Origin: Pristiophorus japonicus
Taxonomy: Eukaryota
DNA length: 64,000 nt
Assembly: GCF_044704955.1 (NCBI RefSeq)
Contig: NC_091995.1
Location: 17,546,001 to 17,610,000, forward strand
Direction: 5' to 3'
Shown here: in pieces, positions 61,250 through 64,000 of the stretch
How positions within the stretch are numbered: the first letter of the stretch is position 1
Layout: each line of letters begins with the position of its first letter
Translations under genes and position numbers: made by a program
The notes under the pieces: model-generated
What the model was told of the DNA's origin: nothing
The model's database searches: none
The model's input: the letters and a program-made list of their open reading frames with translations, nothing else

Positions 61250-61599
61250 CTGGGCAGAAGACAAAATAAGAGATTAGTTTCACTCAGAACACCACTTGCT
61301 AACTCCCGCTATCCATTGCGGGGGAATGTATACTGTGCCCCAAAACCAACCATGTAATTTCAATGGCGATGAGAACTACAGATGCAGTCGTGCTGGTTTT
61401 ATCCATCTCCCCTACATTTGGTGATTGGGCTTGTGATATTAGTTATTTATCTTTTTTTATTTTAACGGCTTTTTTTTCTTCAAATTAATTAAAGTAAATT
61501 GTTATCGAAAATATATCATGACAAAACTTTTAACGAATATAATATCGTGATTGAATTAGCTGTTCTCAGTATTCTTTGCATTGTATGTGTCAGAGCGCA

Positions 61600-62297
61600 T
61601 GTATATGTGTTAATGTAGGCATGTGTGTGAGTGTGTGTATGTTTGTGTCTGTGTGTTTAGCCCTGTGTGTATCTGTATGTGTCTATGTGCGTGTGTTTGT
61701 GTCTGTATGCCTGTGTGTGTCTATATCTGTGTGTATACATCTGTGTGTGTTTGTGTGTGTTTGTCTATGTGTGTCTGTTTATGTGNNNNNNNNNNNNNNN
61801 NNNNNNNNNNNNNNNNNNNNNNNNNNNNNNNNNNNNNNNNNNNNNNNNNNNNNNNNNNNNNNNNNNNNNNNNNNNNNNNNNNNNNNNNNNNNNNNNNNNN
61901 NNNNNNNNNNNNNNNNNNNNNNNNNNNNNATTTATGTGTATCTGTGCATGCGTATATGTGTTTATGTGTATATGTGTGTGTGTGGATATGTGCGTGTGTA
62001 TGTGCGTGTGTATGTGCATGTGTATGTGCATGTGTTTGTGGATGTGTGTGTGTATAAATGTGTTTGTGTATGTGTGTATGTATACATGTATGAGTGTTTG
62101 TTTGTGTGTGTGTATGTGTATATGTGTGTGTATGTGTGTGTTTGTGTGTGTATCTGTGCGTGTGTAGATGTGTGTGTATGTGTGTTTGTGTGTGTGTGGG
62201 TATGTATGTGGGTGTGTATTTATGCGTGTATGTGTCTGATTATAGGGTGTTATTCTATGGCTGTGTATGTGTTTGTGTGTGTGTGTCTGCATGTGTG
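61600..62297. repeat. Degenerate (TG)n microsatellite spanning an assembly gap (N 61786-61929) in the gene B V-TM intron
   Basis: Seen directly; the overlapping CVCV/HTHT ORFs are artefacts. Confidence 0.95.
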
Positions 62298-62804
62298 AGT
62301 TTGTGCAAACTATCATAACTTTTTAATAAACGTTTTGGTGATAAAGTGGCGATAGTTATCAAACACAAAGGGATACATGCTTATAACCCATGCATTCGGA
62401 CATCGAAATGGATATAATAACAGAAAATGCTGGATTTACTCAGCAGATCAGGCGGCATCTGTCGAGAGAGAAACAAAGTTATCGTTTCAGGTCGATGCCT
62501 TTTCCTCAGTATTGGGAAAAAAATTAGAGATGTAACAGATTATAAGTAGGTGCGGTGGGCATTAATCTGGGGACGGAGGAAAGAAGAAAAGGGAAGGCCT
62601 GTGATAGGCAGGGTTGATTATATGACAGAAGGTATGATAGGACAACGTAAAAGTCATAGAAATAGAATGTTATCCTCATTTTCACTAGGTTGACATATGT
62701 TCTGTACGTGTAAGACCCTGCAAGTTGAGTCTGCTGTGATATAATAACGGATCGACCGACCCAGGGGTTATGGTGGAACAGTTTGTAATAAACAGTCAAC
62801 TCAC

Positions 62805-63140
62805 GCACTACATTTAGCGTTGTTCCTTGTCCGTACGTTTCGGCCACTTCCATTAGTTCCACTTTGCAGTAGTAGTTTCCTGAATCATACTGTCTCACGT
62901 CTTTGATAGTAATGGAAGCGTCCCTCCTTTGCGTGAAATCCTCGGCACTTGCCCGCGATAGACGCCCGCTGAATTCCGTGGTTTTGTCGCTGACTTCAGG
63001 TCCACCTTTAAAGTTTTTGTGCCAATTGAAATTACCGACCCCCGGAGGCCCTTCATGCGTGCAGTTCAGGAGCACCGACTGCCCCTCCGTGGCGTTAATG
63101 GACGGGATTTGAATTACTTTGATGTTGGCTGCAGCAATTC
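62805..63140 (-). CDS. NCR3: NKp30/NCR3-like receptor gene B, V-type Ig domain exon
   Basis: Lies within ORF 62524..63171: IAAANIKVIQIPSINATEGQSVLLNCTHEG...W...GPEVSDKTTEFSGRL...DSGNYYCKVELMEVAETYGQGTTLNVV. Acceptor ctattgacag, donor gtgagt, 336 nt, phase 1-1. About half of residues are identical to the gene A V domain by eye. The leader exon was not found and is probably beyond 64000. Confidence 0.9.
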
Positions 63141-63474
63141 CTGTCAATAGATGATGATTTGTGATTAGCAAGACGCACCGAGTACTAACTTCATCTTAAC
63201 CAAGCGCTGAAGATGAGGGAGGCCTCCAGTAAAGAGGCCTATCCGGGCAGCCAGTGGTGAAGGGACATTCAAAATGCAGCAACCTTGAACCCGCTGGGTG
63301 TGTTTTTCCAAGGCACCGCGCCACAGTTGGGGCCTGATTAGCAGCGGAGGGATTACGAGACCACGGGTGCACAGACTGCCATTTCCCATCAATTAACTTT
63401 AGCCGTTTTCCCACAACCCGTCCCGCTGCTGGGGTGCTGGCGTGGGACATCGGCAAATAAACTGGGTTGGTTAC

Positions 63475-63810
63475 AGCACATAAGGTGGCCTTTCGGCCCG
63501 TCGAGCCCATGCCGGTCTCTGTCCTAGAGAACTTCAGCTAGTGCCACTACCCCGCCCTTTCCCCGAAGTGCTGCAACTTTTTTACTTCAGTTACTTATCC
63601 AATTCCCTTTAGAAAGCCACTCTTGAATCTGCCTCCACCACTCTTTCAGGCAGTGCATTCCAGATCGTAACCACTCGCTGCATAAAACATAATTTTTCTC
63701 AGGTCGCCTCTGTTTCTTCTGTTAATCACCTTTAATCTGTGTCCTCCGACTCTCGACCCTTCCGCCAACGGGAATAGTTTATCGCTATCTACTATAGCTC
63801 AAACCCTCAT
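63475..63810 (-). mobile_element. CR1 3' end
   Basis: Same 3' UTR family as 7140-7465 and 53205-53790. Confidence 0.7.
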
Positions 63811-64000
63811 TCCACCCATTGGGGTGGAATTCCGTCTTTACCGCCTGGGTGCTACACGTCTTGGGATGGAAGAAGAAAGAAAAAGCCACAGTGAGATTCG
63901 AGGCAATAGACCCCGCCAGATGTCCTCCATTGGGCTGAACGGGAGGAATGTTGGGTGAGTGCTTGGACCCACGACATCAGATTTTCCTTCCTGCATTCCG

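Noticed and set aside
61576-62318. Cys/Val- and His/Thr-rich ORFs
   Set aside because: They are translations of a (TG)n microsatellite across an N gap.
3133-63140. Rearranging Ig/TCR V segments
   Set aside because: No RSS follows either V exon, the J-like strand is already joined, and the V exons splice directly to TM exons with no constant domain.
62524-63171. 215-aa ORF as a single-exon protein
   Set aside because: Only 63140-62805 is Ig-like and bounded by splice sites; the rest is intron read-through.

Overview
Repeat-dense vertebrate genomic DNA. The repeat families (CR1 LINEs with (AAGAACAT)n/(ATAGA)n-type tails, Deu-domain SINEs) suggest a cartilaginous fish, probably a shark; this is inference. 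Two minus-strand genes encode NKp30/NCR3-like single V-type Ig receptors. Gene A (exons 4789-4738, 3474-3133, 1387-1242) has an Arg-containing TM and almost no tail, and the ORF track missed its V exon. Gene B (V exon 63140-62805, TM exon 61249-61133, leader outside the window) has an uncharged TM core and a cytoplasmic tail built from five tandem pairs of 22-50 nt micro-exons. Each pair carries a YDDI/YDEI-type motif or a Tyr-less variant. Between the genes lie a solo LTR (7841-8335), a complete decaying endogenous retrovirus (8415-16044; tRNA-Ser PBS, 5-bp TSD, candidate -1 frameshift signal) and a ~16 kb nest of CR1 elements containing a near-full CR1 and a full-length Tx1-clade element. 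There is also a poly(A)-tailed insert made of rearranged U2 snRNA stem-loops (49327-49558), plus many SINE/LINE fragments. All exon models and alignments were made by eye, without transcript data or database searches.
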